From Anaerolineae bacterium (GTDB taxonomy: Bacteria; Chloroflexota; Anaerolineae; CG2-30-64-16), in NCBI GenBank assembly GCA_034432655.1, contig DAOUBP010000157.1:6874-70873 (forward strand): DNA of 64,000 bases. Direction: 5' to 3'. Shown here in pieces: positions 28,126-37,402 of the stretch. Position 1 is the first letter of the stretch, and the number at the start of each line of letters is the position of its first letter. The position numbers were made by a program, and so were the translations under genes. The notes beneath the pieces are model-generated. The model searched no databases, was not told the origin of the DNA, and worked only from the letters and a program-made list of their open reading frames with translations.

Positions 28126-28151
28126 ATCTGCGAGAGAGCAAGAGGAGCACT

Positions 28152-29465
28152 GTGCGCAACCCTTATGTCACCGGGTCGTATGTCACCGGCAGCCAGCACT
28201 ACGGCCGGGAAGACCTGTTGGACTATCTGTTGAACGGCGACAGCCGTGCCTGCTGGGTGGTGGGCACCCGCCGGATCGGAAAAACCTCGTTACTGAGACA
28301 GTTGGAGCTGTTGGCCGGCGCCGGCAAGCGCCTGGTCCCGCTTTATTGGGACATGCAGGGGTGCAATTCCTTCGCCTGCCTGGGCCGTTATCTGGCCGAC
28401 GCCGTGCGTGATCGGGCCGCGCGGCTTGAGCCATTGGGGGTGACCGAGGCGTTGATGGAAGAAGAGGACCCCCTGGCTTTGCTGGTCAATCTGCGCCGGC
28501 TGGCCCAACGCGCCGGCCGCGAACTGTTGCTCCTGGGCGACGAAACCGAAGTGCTGGTCAACATCGCGGCCGCGGAGCCGGAGGCCATGCAACGGCTGCA
28601 CCGCCAGCTTACCGCCGGGGTCGGGCTGCGCGTCGTGATGGCCTCCACGCGCCAGATCTACCGGATGCACGACGTATGTCGTGACTGGCCCACCTCGCCC
28701 TTCCTGTCCGGTTTCGATATGTCCCTGACCCTGGGCAGCCTGGAACAGGAGGCGGCCGAGGCGTTGATCTTGCAAACGCAGTCCAACCGCCGGGTACGAG
28801 CCGCCCCCGAGACAGTGGAGGCCATCTCGCGCGCCACCAACAACCATCCCTTCCTGCTGCAGGTGTTGTGCTCCCGGTTGTTCGTCACCAGTGGCCGGCT
28901 GCGCAACTTGACCCCTGAAGACCTGCGGGTGGATCCCCTGCTGGCGGGCTTTTTCGAGCACGATTTCCGCCAGCTCACCAACGCCGACCGGAGGACGGTG
29001 CTGGCCGTGCACCGGGAGAAACTGGCCGATGAAGCGCAGCTCATGAAAGTGACCGGGGACAACCCGGTGGAGCTCAGCCTGCGTCTGCACAACCTGGAGG
29101 GGCTGGGCTACCTGCGCCGCGCCTACGGCCGGATCGAGATCGGCAACGATTTCCTGGCGAACTGGCTGGCTGCGGCCGACGACAGGCTGGACATGCTGCC
29201 CCTTGCGGAGACCTCAGAAACGGCAGCCCGCCGCGCGTTCGTGCGCCAGCAGCTCCAGGACCTCCCTTCGCTGGTCGCCCAGCTGAACGCCCGGCGTTCG
29301 CGCCTGGTCGAGCTGGAGCTGATCCGCGCGCAAGAGCTCGCCAACGTCTCGCCACAGGTGCTGGCGGAGATCGAACAGGTGGAAAACGAAATCGTCGCGC
29401 TGCGGAGCGCGCTGGATCGGCGAGAAGGCTCGCCAGCATCTTCAAAAGGAGTGTCTGCTTTATGA
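28152..29465 (+). CDS. Soluble STAND/AAA-like P-loop NTPase, paralog of the upstream receptor C-terminal domain, with C-terminal coiled coil
   Basis: NPYVTGS...YGREDLL...VVGTRRIGKTSLLRQL. GTG start after AGAGGAG. C-terminal heptad-rich helix. Confidence 0.7.
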   Translation: MRNPYVTGSYVTGSQHYGREDLLDYLLNGDSRACWVVGTRRIGKTSLLRQLELLAGAGKRLVPLYWDMQGCNSFACLGRYLADAVRDRAARLEPLGVTEALMEEEDPLALLVNLRRLAQRAGRELLLLGDETEVLVNIAAAEPEAMQRLHRQLTAGVGLRVVMASTRQIYRMHDVCRDWPTSPFLSGFDMSLTLGSLEQEAAEALILQTQSNRRVRAAPETVEAISRATNNHPFLLQVLCSRLFVTSGRLRNLTPEDLRVDPLLAGFFEHDFRQLTNADRRTVLAVHREKLADEAQLMKVTGDNPVELSLRLHNLEGLGYLRRAYGRIEIGNDFLANWLAAADDRLDMLPLAETSETAARRAFVRQQLQDLPSLVAQLNARRSRLVELELIRAQELANVSPQVLAEIEQVENEIVALRSALDRREGSPASSKGVSAL

Positions 29466-30601
29466 CGACAACAATTCCCCTGGTTGATCTGCAGGCGCAG
29501 TATGCTGCCATCCAGGACGAGATTGACGCAGCTATCCGGCGGGTGGTGCAAAGCGCTAACTTCATCATGGGGCCTGAAGTCCACAACTTCGAGGAAGCTT
29601 TTGCCCGCTTCGTCGGTTGTGCCGAGGCGGTAGGGGTCGCCTCGGGCACCGCGGCCCTGCACCTGGCGCTACTGGCCTGTGGCATTGGGCCGGGAGATGA
29701 GGTGATCACCACGCCTTTCACGTTCTACGCCACAGCTGAGGCCATCGTCCAGGCCGGGGCTACGCCTATCTTTGTGGACATTCGACCCGACACGTATAAT
29801 ATGGATCCGGAGAAACTGCCCGCGGCGATTACGCCGCGGACGCGAGCTATCATTCCGGTGCATCTGTTTGGCCAGCCCGCAGACATGGACCCGATCTTGG
29901 CCGTGGCGCGGCAGCACGGACTGTGGGTGATCGAAGACGCTGCCCAAGCTCATGCTGCAGACTATCGCGGCCGACGCTGTGGAAGCATCGGCGACCTGGC
30001 TTGCTTCAGCTTTTTCCCAAGCAAGAACCTGGGCTGCTATGGTGATGGCGGAATGGTGACCACCAACGACCCGACACTGGCAGCGCGCATACGGAGGCTG
30101 CGCGATCATGGCCGGGTCAGCAAATACGAACATGTCGAGCCAGGCTGGGGCTATCGGCTGGACGCCTTGCAGGCCGCGATTCTGGCCGCTAAACTGCCTC
30201 ATTTGGAACAGTGGACCGAACAACGACGCGCGGCAGCACGCCGTTATGCTGAACTTTTGCAAGACTCTGAAGTGATCTTACCGGTGGAACTGCCCGGCAA
30301 CCGACACGTTTATCACCTGTACGTGATCCGCACGCCGCGGCGCGATGAGCTGTATCAGCATCTGGCTGCGCAGGGGATCGGTGTGGGGATCCATTACCCG
30401 TTGCCGTTACATCTTCAACCTGTACATCGCAACATGGGCTGGGGGCCGGGCTCGTTTCCGGTGGCCGAGTTCGTCGCCAACGAAGTGCTCTCGCTGCCCC
30501 TCTACGCCGAGATCACCCCGGAACAGCAGGCCCGAGTAGCGAGTGCGCTCCTGGCGTTCACAAGTCAAGGTAACGGGCGGCGAGAAAAGCGAAAACCATG
30601 A
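29462..30601 (+). CDS. DegT/DnrJ/EryC1/StrS family PLP-dependent sugar aminotransferase
   Basis: Family-typical N-terminus (PLVDLQAQYAAIQDEIDAA) and PLP-Lys region FSFFPSKNLG. Confidence 0.9.
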   Translation: MTTTIPLVDLQAQYAAIQDEIDAAIRRVVQSANFIMGPEVHNFEEAFARFVGCAEAVGVASGTAALHLALLACGIGPGDEVITTPFTFYATAEAIVQAGATPIFVDIRPDTYNMDPEKLPAAITPRTRAIIPVHLFGQPADMDPILAVARQHGLWVIEDAAQAHAADYRGRRCGSIGDLACFSFFPSKNLGCYGDGGMVTTNDPTLAARIRRLRDHGRVSKYEHVEPGWGYRLDALQAAILAAKLPHLEQWTEQRRAAARRYAELLQDSEVILPVELPGNRHVYHLYVIRTPRRDELYQHLAAQGIGVGIHYPLPLHLQPVHRNMGWGPGSFPVAEFVANEVLSLPLYAEITPEQQARVASALLAFTSQGNGRREKRKP

Positions 30602-31680
30602 GCAAGCGCAGAACGACCGACTATGCGCGGCGCGAGACAGCGGATGTCCTTCCGGCTTTCCCGGCCAACGCCTTCCCCGGCGACCGGACGCACCGGCAAT
30701 CGGCGGACGGACCGAGAGTATCGGTCTTAGTGCCGGCGCATGACGAAGCAGGCAACGTCGCCGAACTGGTGGCCCGGGTCGGCCGGGCGTTCGCAGCGCG
30801 CGACTTGACCGCCGGCCAGGGTGAGCTGGTTGTCGTCAACGATGGCTCCACCGACGGGACGGGAGAACTGCTCGAACAGCTCAAGCCTGACTACCCGTTT
30901 CTGCGCGTCATCCACCATCGGCGCAATTTGGGTTTGACGGCCGCGTTGCGCACCGGCTTTCGGGCTGTGCGCGGCGATCTGATCCTGTTTCTGCCGGCCG
31001 ATCTTGAATCGGACCCCGAGACTGATATCCCCTTGCTGCTGGACAAGCTGGCCGAAGGGTATGACATCGTGGCTGGCTGGCGCCAGGGCCGCAAAGAAGG
31101 CAAGGTCTTCGCCTCCGGGATTTATAACCTGGTATCGCGCTGGCTGTTCGGGTTGCAGCTACACGACATGAACTGGATCAAAGGCTTCCGTCGTGAGGTG
31201 ATCGAGTCTTTGCCGCCGCTGCGCTCCGACTGGCACCGTTTTATCCTGCACATTGCTGCCCACCAGGGCTATCGCATCGGCGAGGTGGCAACTCCCTGGC
31301 ACAAGCGCCGCGCCGGCCGTTCGAAATTCGGGCTCAGCCGCATCCCTATTTCACTCCTCGATGTATTGGTGGTGTGGTTTTTGCTCACCTTCAGCCGCGC
31401 GCCCATGCGCTTTTTCGGCGGGCTAGGGCTCGCCTCGCTGACTTTGAGCGGCCTGACCTTCTTGTGGCTGTTGTGGCTGTGGCTGGCCTATGAAACCCAA
31501 CGCCGGCCTGTTTTCTGGGCAGCCAGCGGCCTGGCCATCGCCGGCCTGCTGCTCTTCCTGATCGGGTTTGTCGCCGAGTTGGTGGTAAGCCAGGCTGACC
31601 AGCTGGCCGAGATTGAGCGATCCCTGCGCGTTTCTCCGTCTTCTCTTCAGGCCCCCGGAGAGGATCGGGAGGGCGCATGA
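30598..31680 (+). CDS. GT2 polyprenyl-phosphate glycosyltransferase (ArnC/GtrB/DPM-synthase-like) with C-terminal TM helices
   Basis: VLVPAHDEAGNV, VVVNDGSTDGT and DAD motifs, plus 2 C-terminal TM helices. Confidence 0.85.
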   Translation: MSKRRTTDYARRETADVLPAFPANAFPGDRTHRQSADGPRVSVLVPAHDEAGNVAELVARVGRAFAARDLTAGQGELVVVNDGSTDGTGELLEQLKPDYPFLRVIHHRRNLGLTAALRTGFRAVRGDLILFLPADLESDPETDIPLLLDKLAEGYDIVAGWRQGRKEGKVFASGIYNLVSRWLFGLQLHDMNWIKGFRREVIESLPPLRSDWHRFILHIAAHQGYRIGEVATPWHKRRAGRSKFGLSRIPISLLDVLVVWFLLTFSRAPMRFFGGLGLASLTLSGLTFLWLLWLWLAYETQRRPVFWAASGLAIAGLLLFLIGFVAELVVSQADQLAEIERSLRVSPSSLQAPGEDREGA

Positions 31681-32957
31681 AGATCGGCGTCCTCACTCAC
31701 AACTATCCCCGTTTCCCCGGCGATTTCTCCGGCCGCTTTGTCGAAGCCCTAAGCGAGGAGCTAGCCGCGCAGGGGCACCAGGTCACCGTATTGGCTCCCT
31801 GGGACCCGGCCTATGCGCGCCGGCCTGACGATCACCGCGTGGAAATACTTCTCTACCGCTACGCACCACGGGCCGACTGGCATCGCCTGGGCTACATGCG
31901 CACCATGAAGGCCGATCTGGCGATGCGCAAGTTGACCTATTTGCTGGCCCCGGGGCTGTTCCTGGCCGGAGCGCGGGCGGTGTTGCACTGGACTGCAGCA
32001 GCCCGCCCCGATGTGCTGCATGCCCACTGGGTGCTTCCCAACGGCTTTTTGGCTGCGCTGGCCGCCCGGCGCTATCACGTCCCGTTGGTGGTCTCGATCC
32101 CCGGTTCGGATGCGACCGTGGCGACGGCAAGCCCGGCGTTCCGCTGGATGGCCCGTTTTGCGTTCGCCACTGCCGGGCTGATCACCGCCAACTCCACTGC
32201 GCTACGAGACGTGGCAGTGAAACAATTGGGCGCTGATCCGGCCAGGTTTGACCTGATTGCCTACGGCGTGGCACCCGACGCACTGCGCCCGGACCCTACA
32301 AACACCGCCGCATTGCGGGCACGCCTGGGCATCCCGGCCAACGCCTTTGTCGCGCTGGCCGTGGGCCGAATGGTGCATAAGAAGGGGTTCGATCACCTCT
32401 TGCGCGCGGCAGCGATCGTGCAAGGCACCAGCGAAGACCAGAAACAGCCGAGCGCCGGTGCGACGTCCCCCGAGCCCAACCCTGCCACCCTTGCGCCCCT
32501 GCACCTGGTCATGATCGGCGAGGGGGACTTGTGGGCCGAATGGCAGGCCTTGGGCGAAAGGCTGGGGCTAAATGACCGCGTGCACTGGGTAGGCAACGTC
32601 CCTACCGACCGTATCGGCGTCTTCTACAACATGGCCGACGTGCTGGTGATGCCGGCGGTCACACTGCCTGCCGATGGGCTGAACGTGACGGTGCTGGATG
32701 CTATGTCATGCAGCAAGCCGGTAATCGGCACTGCGGCCGCGGGGAACGAGCTGGCAATTCGCGACGGGGTCAACGGTTTTCTGTTGCCAGAAGGAGACGA
32801 TCTTGCTCTGGCGAACGCCCTGGTGAAGCTGATGCATGATCCTGAGCTGTGTGCCAAGATGGGCCGCGCCGGCCGACAGCTCATCGAGACGGAACTGGGC
32901 TGGCCGGTCCTGGCACGCCGCTACCTGGCCCACTTCGAACAACTCAAGAGGTCCTGA
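31677..32957 (+). CDS. Glycosyltransferase family 1 (GT4-like)
   Basis: GT-B fold N-terminus KIGVLTHNYPRFPG. C-terminal EG-type region. Confidence 0.8.
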   Translation: MKIGVLTHNYPRFPGDFSGRFVEALSEELAAQGHQVTVLAPWDPAYARRPDDHRVEILLYRYAPRADWHRLGYMRTMKADLAMRKLTYLLAPGLFLAGARAVLHWTAAARPDVLHAHWVLPNGFLAALAARRYHVPLVVSIPGSDATVATASPAFRWMARFAFATAGLITANSTALRDVAVKQLGADPARFDLIAYGVAPDALRPDPTNTAALRARLGIPANAFVALAVGRMVHKKGFDHLLRAAAIVQGTSEDQKQPSAGATSPEPNPATLAPLHLVMIGEGDLWAEWQALGERLGLNDRVHWVGNVPTDRIGVFYNMADVLVMPAVTLPADGLNVTVLDAMSCSKPVIGTAAAGNELAIRDGVNGFLLPEGDDLALANALVKLMHDPELCAKMGRAGRQLIETELGWPVLARRYLAHFEQLKRS

Positions 32958-34012
32958 TGACCGAATTACTCCGTTTCGGCCTGATCGGCTGTGGCCGTGT
33001 GGCACCCCGCCACGCCGACTCGCTGAGTTCACTGCCCGGCGTCAAGCTGGTTGCCGTGGCTGACATTAGGGCAAGCCGCGCCGAACGCTTTGGCGCGCAA
33101 TACGGCGCGACCGCGTACACCGATTATCGGGCGCTCCTGGACCGGTCCGACGTTGACGTGGTCAACATTTGCACACCCAGCGGTACCCACGCGCCAATTG
33201 CGCTGGACGCGCTTTCCGCCGGAAAGCATGTCCTGGTGGAGAAGCCAATCGCCTTGTCGTTGGCCGACGCCAACCGTATGATCGCAGCGGCCAAACAGGC
33301 AGACCGCAGGCTGGGCGTGGTGTTGCAAAACCGTTACAACCCGCCTATGCAGGACCTCAAACGCGCAGTGGATGAAGGCCGTTTGGGCCGGTTGTTTCTG
33401 GGCAATGCCACCGTGCGCTGGTATCGCACCCAGGAGTACTACGAGGACGACTGGCACGGCACCTGGGCCATGGACGGTGGCGCGTTGATGAATCAATCCA
33501 TTCATCACATTGATGCGTTGCAGTGGCTGATGGGGCGGCCGGAGAGCGTGTTCGCCTACACTGCGACCCTGGCCCATCGCATGGAAGCAGAAGATGTCGG
33601 CGTGGCCGTGATCCGCTTTTCCGAGGGCGCCCTGGCCACGGTAGAAGGTTCCACGGTAACCTACCCGGAAAACCTGGAGGGATCGGTGGCGGTCTTCGGC
33701 GAGCGGGGCTCCGCCAAAGTGGGCGGCACCGCGCTCAACCGCAAGGTCTTGTGGAAAATCGCCGGGGAGCTAGAGCGCGAACGCGAGCTGCTGACCCGTG
33801 AGCAGGTGGACCCGCCCTCGGTGTACGGTGCCAGCCACAAGGCCGTGATCGCTGACATGGCTGCTGCTGTGCACGAGGGACGTGATCCGCAGACTAATGG
33901 TTGGGAGGCGCGCAAGTCACTGGCCCTGGTGCTGGCCATGTACGAGTCGGCGCGCACCGGCCAGCCGATCACCATCGGCAACGGCATCTGGGACGAAGAG
34001 CCGGCAAGCTGA
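32957..34012 (+). CDS. Gfo/Idh/MocA family oxidoreductase (UDP-sugar dehydrogenase WbpB-like)
   Basis: LRFGLIGCGRVAPRHA Rossmann. EKP and NRY motifs. Confidence 0.85.
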   Translation: MTELLRFGLIGCGRVAPRHADSLSSLPGVKLVAVADIRASRAERFGAQYGATAYTDYRALLDRSDVDVVNICTPSGTHAPIALDALSAGKHVLVEKPIALSLADANRMIAAAKQADRRLGVVLQNRYNPPMQDLKRAVDEGRLGRLFLGNATVRWYRTQEYYEDDWHGTWAMDGGALMNQSIHHIDALQWLMGRPESVFAYTATLAHRMEAEDVGVAVIRFSEGALATVEGSTVTYPENLEGSVAVFGERGSAKVGGTALNRKVLWKIAGELERERELLTREQVDPPSVYGASHKAVIADMAAAVHEGRDPQTNGWEARKSLALVLAMYESARTGQPITIGNGIWDEEPAS

Positions 34013-34114
34013 ACCAGGCATTCATGCCAACGCGTTCATTGCAATAGGAGAGGAGACCGAGTACAACATCCCTACTCCCGGAGAAGCGCCGAAGCACAAA
34101 GGCCCGGCAGGACT

Positions 34115-35284
34115 TCAGCCATGCAGGGCCGCACCCAGTGCCTCGATCACCCGGACAACCTGTTCATCCTGCAATTCGGGAAACATGGGGAGGCTCATTA
34201 CCTCGCGTGCCGCCTGTTCCGTGACCGGCAACCCGGTCCCTATCCAGACACGATCCTGATACGCGGACTGACAATGAACCGGCAGCGGATAGTGTACTAA
34301 CGTGCCGATCCCAGCGGCCGCCAAACGCTCTCGCAGCACGTCACGCTGTGGGTGTCGTACCACAAACTGATGATAGACATGGGTGACCCCGGGCCGCTCC
34401 ACAGGCAACACGAGACTGGTATTGCTCAAACCAGCCCGATACCTGGCGGCCAATACACGGCGCCGCTCGTTCTCGGCCCGCAGATGGCGCAGCTTGACGC
34501 GCAATATCGCCGCCTGCAGTTCATCCAATCGGCTATTGTATCCCGGCAAGGCGCTGACATAGCGCTCACGCCAGCCGTATTCGCGCAGCAGCCGCGCCCG
34601 CTCGGCCAGTTCAGGATCGTTGGTGGCGATTGCACCGCCATCCCCTAGCGCAGCCAGGTTCTTAGTGGGGTAAAAGCTGAAGGCAGCTATGTCACCGATG
34701 GAACCGGTCATCCGCTCGCCGATCGAAGCACCGTGTGACTGCGCGCAGTCTTCGATCAGCCACAGGTCATAGCGCCGGGCAATCTCGCCCAGCGCGACCA
34801 TGTCGGCCGGGTGACCGTAGAGATGCACGGCGATGATAGCGCCGCGCCGCGCCGGCCCTCGCCTGCTGGCGCCAGCCCCCCGCTCTCTGCTCACCGCCCG
34901 CACTGCATCCTCGAGTCGGTCAGGGTCCAGGGTATAAGTAGGAGCCGAGATGTCCACCAAGCAAGGGGTCGCGCCAGCATGTTCGATCGCCGCTACTGTG
35001 GCCACCGCGGTGTGCGAAACGGTGAACACCGGCGCGCCGTGGCCGACCTGGCAGGCGCGCAGAGCGAGATGTAGGGCATCCGTCCCGCTGGCCACTCCGA
35101 TCACATGGCCGACGCCCAGGAACGCAGCAAACTCACGTTCAAAACACGCCACTTGCGGGCCTAAGATGTAACGACCGCCCGCCAACGCCTGGGCAATGGC
35201 CGCGTCTATTTCGGCGCGGTGGGCCAGGTAGTTTGCCAAAGGGCTCGTTTGGGGGACGGGTGTGGTCATGGGATTACTAGACAT
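34115..35284 (-). CDS. DegT/DnrJ/EryC1/StrS family aminotransferase
   Basis: PLP-Lys region FSFYPTKNLAALGDGG. Start moved to MSSNPM because the upstream ORF part overlaps the epimerase gene. Confidence 0.85.
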   Translation of the reverse strand: MSSNPMTTPVPQTSPLANYLAHRAEIDAAIAQALAGGRYILGPQVACFEREFAAFLGVGHVIGVASGTDALHLALRACQVGHGAPVFTVSHTAVATVAAIEHAGATPCLVDISAPTYTLDPDRLEDAVRAVSRERGAGASRRGPARRGAIIAVHLYGHPADMVALGEIARRYDLWLIEDCAQSHGASIGERMTGSIGDIAAFSFYPTKNLAALGDGGAIATNDPELAERARLLREYGWRERYVSALPGYNSRLDELQAAILRVKLRHLRAENERRRVLAARYRAGLSNTSLVLPVERPGVTHVYHQFVVRHPQRDVLRERLAAAGIGTLVHYPLPVHCQSAYQDRVWIGTGLPVTEQAAREVMSLPMFPELQDEQVVRVIEALGAALHG

Positions 35285-36272
35285 ATCTCGCCAAATGCTC
35301 GCGATAATACCCCAGGGTACGCGCCAGGCCGGTCCGCAGATCAACCGCCGGCGCCCAACCCAAGGTCGTGCGCAGCAAACGATCATCGGCATAGTAATCG
35401 CCGATGTCAATCCGCTTCCGTTCGGGCGGGAAAGGCCGGAGCACGAAACTGCCACCGCCGTTGATCTCCACCAGCAAGTGGGCCAACGCTTCCAGGCTGA
35501 TCGGCGGGTCCCCACCCACGTTGAAAACTTTGCCGTCGGCGGCCGGGCTGACCGCGGCCAGCAACAGCGCCTCCACGGCATCATCCACGTAGCTGAAATC
35601 GCGCAACTGCTGGCCATCCCACACCTCAAACGGCCGGCCTTCGACCAGGCGACGAATCCACACTCCGAGGAAGGTCTGACGAGCATCCTTAATGCGCATG
35701 CGCGGCCCATACGTGTTGGTCAGCCGCAGCGCGCAGGCCCGAATGCCGTACACGTTGTTGTAGAGGATATGATACCACTCGCCGGCCATCTTGTTGATGC
35801 CGTTCACATCCACAGGCCGCAAGGGATGAGCCTCATCCACCGGCAGATAATCCGGCTTGCCGTAGATCTGTCGCGTGCTGGCGAAAACCACCTTGACCCC
35901 TGGGTTGCCTTTGCGACACGCCTCCAGGATTGCCAGCTGGGCCCGACAGTTGATGTCCAGGTCGGTGTAAGGATCATGCATTGAGTCCAAATGGCTGGTC
36001 TGGCCGGCCAGGTTGAACAGGTAATCCTGCCCCTGTACCAGATAGCGCATGCTATACTCATCCCGCACGTCGGAGATGTTCACCCGCACCCGATCCTCGA
36101 TGCCGGCAATATTGAACAGGTTGCCGCCGTATTCCGGGATCAGGCTGTCGGCCAGAGTAACGTGCGCGCCGGCCGCGACCAGGCGCCGGGCCAGGTTCGA
36201 GCCGATGAAGCCGAGCCCGCCGGTGATCAAAACATAGCGATCAGCGAAAAGAGTGTTGGCGTCCTCAAACAT
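35277..36272 (-). CDS. NAD-dependent epimerase/dehydratase family (UDP-glucuronate decarboxylase/ArnA-C-like or dTDP-glucose dehydratase-like)
   Basis: VLITGGLGFIGSNL; STRQIYG (YxxxK region). Start chosen at MFEDANT. Confidence 0.8.
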   Translation of the reverse strand: MFEDANTLFADRYVLITGGLGFIGSNLARRLVAAGAHVTLADSLIPEYGGNLFNIAGIEDRVRVNISDVRDEYSMRYLVQGQDYLFNLAGQTSHLDSMHDPYTDLDINCRAQLAILEACRKGNPGVKVVFASTRQIYGKPDYLPVDEAHPLRPVDVNGINKMAGEWYHILYNNVYGIRACALRLTNTYGPRMRIKDARQTFLGVWIRRLVEGRPFEVWDGQQLRDFSYVDDAVEALLLAAVSPAADGKVFNVGGDPPISLEALAHLLVEINGGGSFVLRPFPPERKRIDIGDYYADDRLLRTTLGWAPAVDLRTGLARTLGYYREHLARYV

Positions 36273-36397
36273 GATCCATAAAGCGTCTGTTTGGGTATCT
36301 CGATGGTCAACGTAAACCGATAATAACGCAAGGCCTATTCGTTGGCAAATGGAGATTTCAAACCCAGTAACAGCATTCACCTTCCCACGCGCTCATC

Positions 36398-36418
36398 TTC
36401 TATCTGCGTTCCCTATAA
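36398..36418. promoter_or_regulatory. 21-nt motif TTCTATCTGCGTTCCCTATAA, copy 2
   Basis: Exact match to 499..519. Lies in the divergent intergenic region between the epimerase (minus) and the 36458 (plus) gene. Confidence 0.35.
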
Positions 36419-36457
36419 CTTTCTCACGCGCCACATCTATGATATGATTTTATTATT

Positions 36458-37399
36458 ATGCGGAACCGATGGACACGGTTGATCAAAGGCCTCGTTCTCG
36501 TTGCGGCACTAGGTTTCCTGGCAGCCCTGGTGCGCAGCCAATGGTCAGCCCTCCATAACTACAACTGGCAGTTGGCACCGGGATGGGTGCTGACGGCCCT
36601 GATCGGCTTCGAGTTGACCTGGTTTTTCGAGGCAGCCACCTGGCGAGCGATTATCGTCAATATCGGCGGATCTCTGACTTACCGACAGGTTTGGCCCATC
36701 TGGTTTCTCAGTAACATCGTGCGCTACATCCCAGGCAATGTCTGGCAATTCCTCGGCATGGCCGAGCTGGCCGCAGAGCATGGCGTGCCTCGCCTGGTCA
36801 CGCTGACCGGCATCGTGTTGCATCAGGTGATCTCGATCACGGTAGCCATCGTACTGGCTGCAGCCTATTTCGCCGCGACCGGACAGGGCACCTGGTTCGA
36901 TCAGGTGCGGCCCGTGTTGTGGCTGACACCTCTGGGCCTGCTCTTGCTGCAACCGCGCCTCCTCGAACGGGTTTTGAACTGGGCCCTGGCGCGCCTGGGC
37001 CGACCTCCGATCCGCGTTACACTCAGTTGGGGCCAGATCGTGCTGCTCTGTCTGCGCTACACGATTGTCTGGCTCGGCTTGGGTCTGAGCTATGCAGCCC
37101 TGGTACGCGCGCTGACCCCTTTTCCTGGCGCTATCATCCCCCATCTCGCCGCAGCGTGGACAGCAGCCTACGTGATCGGCTTCCTCAGCTTGCTCACGCC
37201 ATCGGGCCTGGGGGTGCGTGAAGGGGTGATGATCTTGCTGCTGAATCCCATCCTGCCGCCGCCGTTGCCGGCCGTGGTCGCTATCATCGCCCGACTCTGG
37301 ATGGTGGTGGGTGAACTGGCCGGGGCTGGCCTGGCCCTGTTAATGCGGCCCGCCGGCCGCAAAGTGCCGGCGCGTCGACAAGCTATGCACCATGAGTGA
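36458..37399 (+). CDS. Lysylphosphatidylglycerol-synthase-TM-region/flippase-like membrane protein (UPF0104)
   Basis: 8 TM segments; IVRYIPGNVWQ motif. Confidence 0.65.
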   Translation: MRNRWTRLIKGLVLVAALGFLAALVRSQWSALHNYNWQLAPGWVLTALIGFELTWFFEAATWRAIIVNIGGSLTYRQVWPIWFLSNIVRYIPGNVWQFLGMAELAAEHGVPRLVTLTGIVLHQVISITVAIVLAAAYFAATGQGTWFDQVRPVLWLTPLGLLLLQPRLLERVLNWALARLGRPPIRVTLSWGQIVLLCLRYTIVWLGLGLSYAALVRALTPFPGAIIPHLAAAWTAAYVIGFLSLLTPSGLGVREGVMILLLNPILPPPLPAVVAIIARLWMVVGELAGAGLALLMRPAGRKVPARRQAMHHE

Positions 37400-37402
37400 C
37401 CT

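Noticed and set aside
35285-35710. 142-aa N-terminal extension of the second DegT aminotransferase ORF
   Set aside because: It overlaps the epimerase gene on the same strand and has a Trp/Cys/Arg-rich nonsense composition. The family-typical N-terminus begins at MSSNPM (35284).
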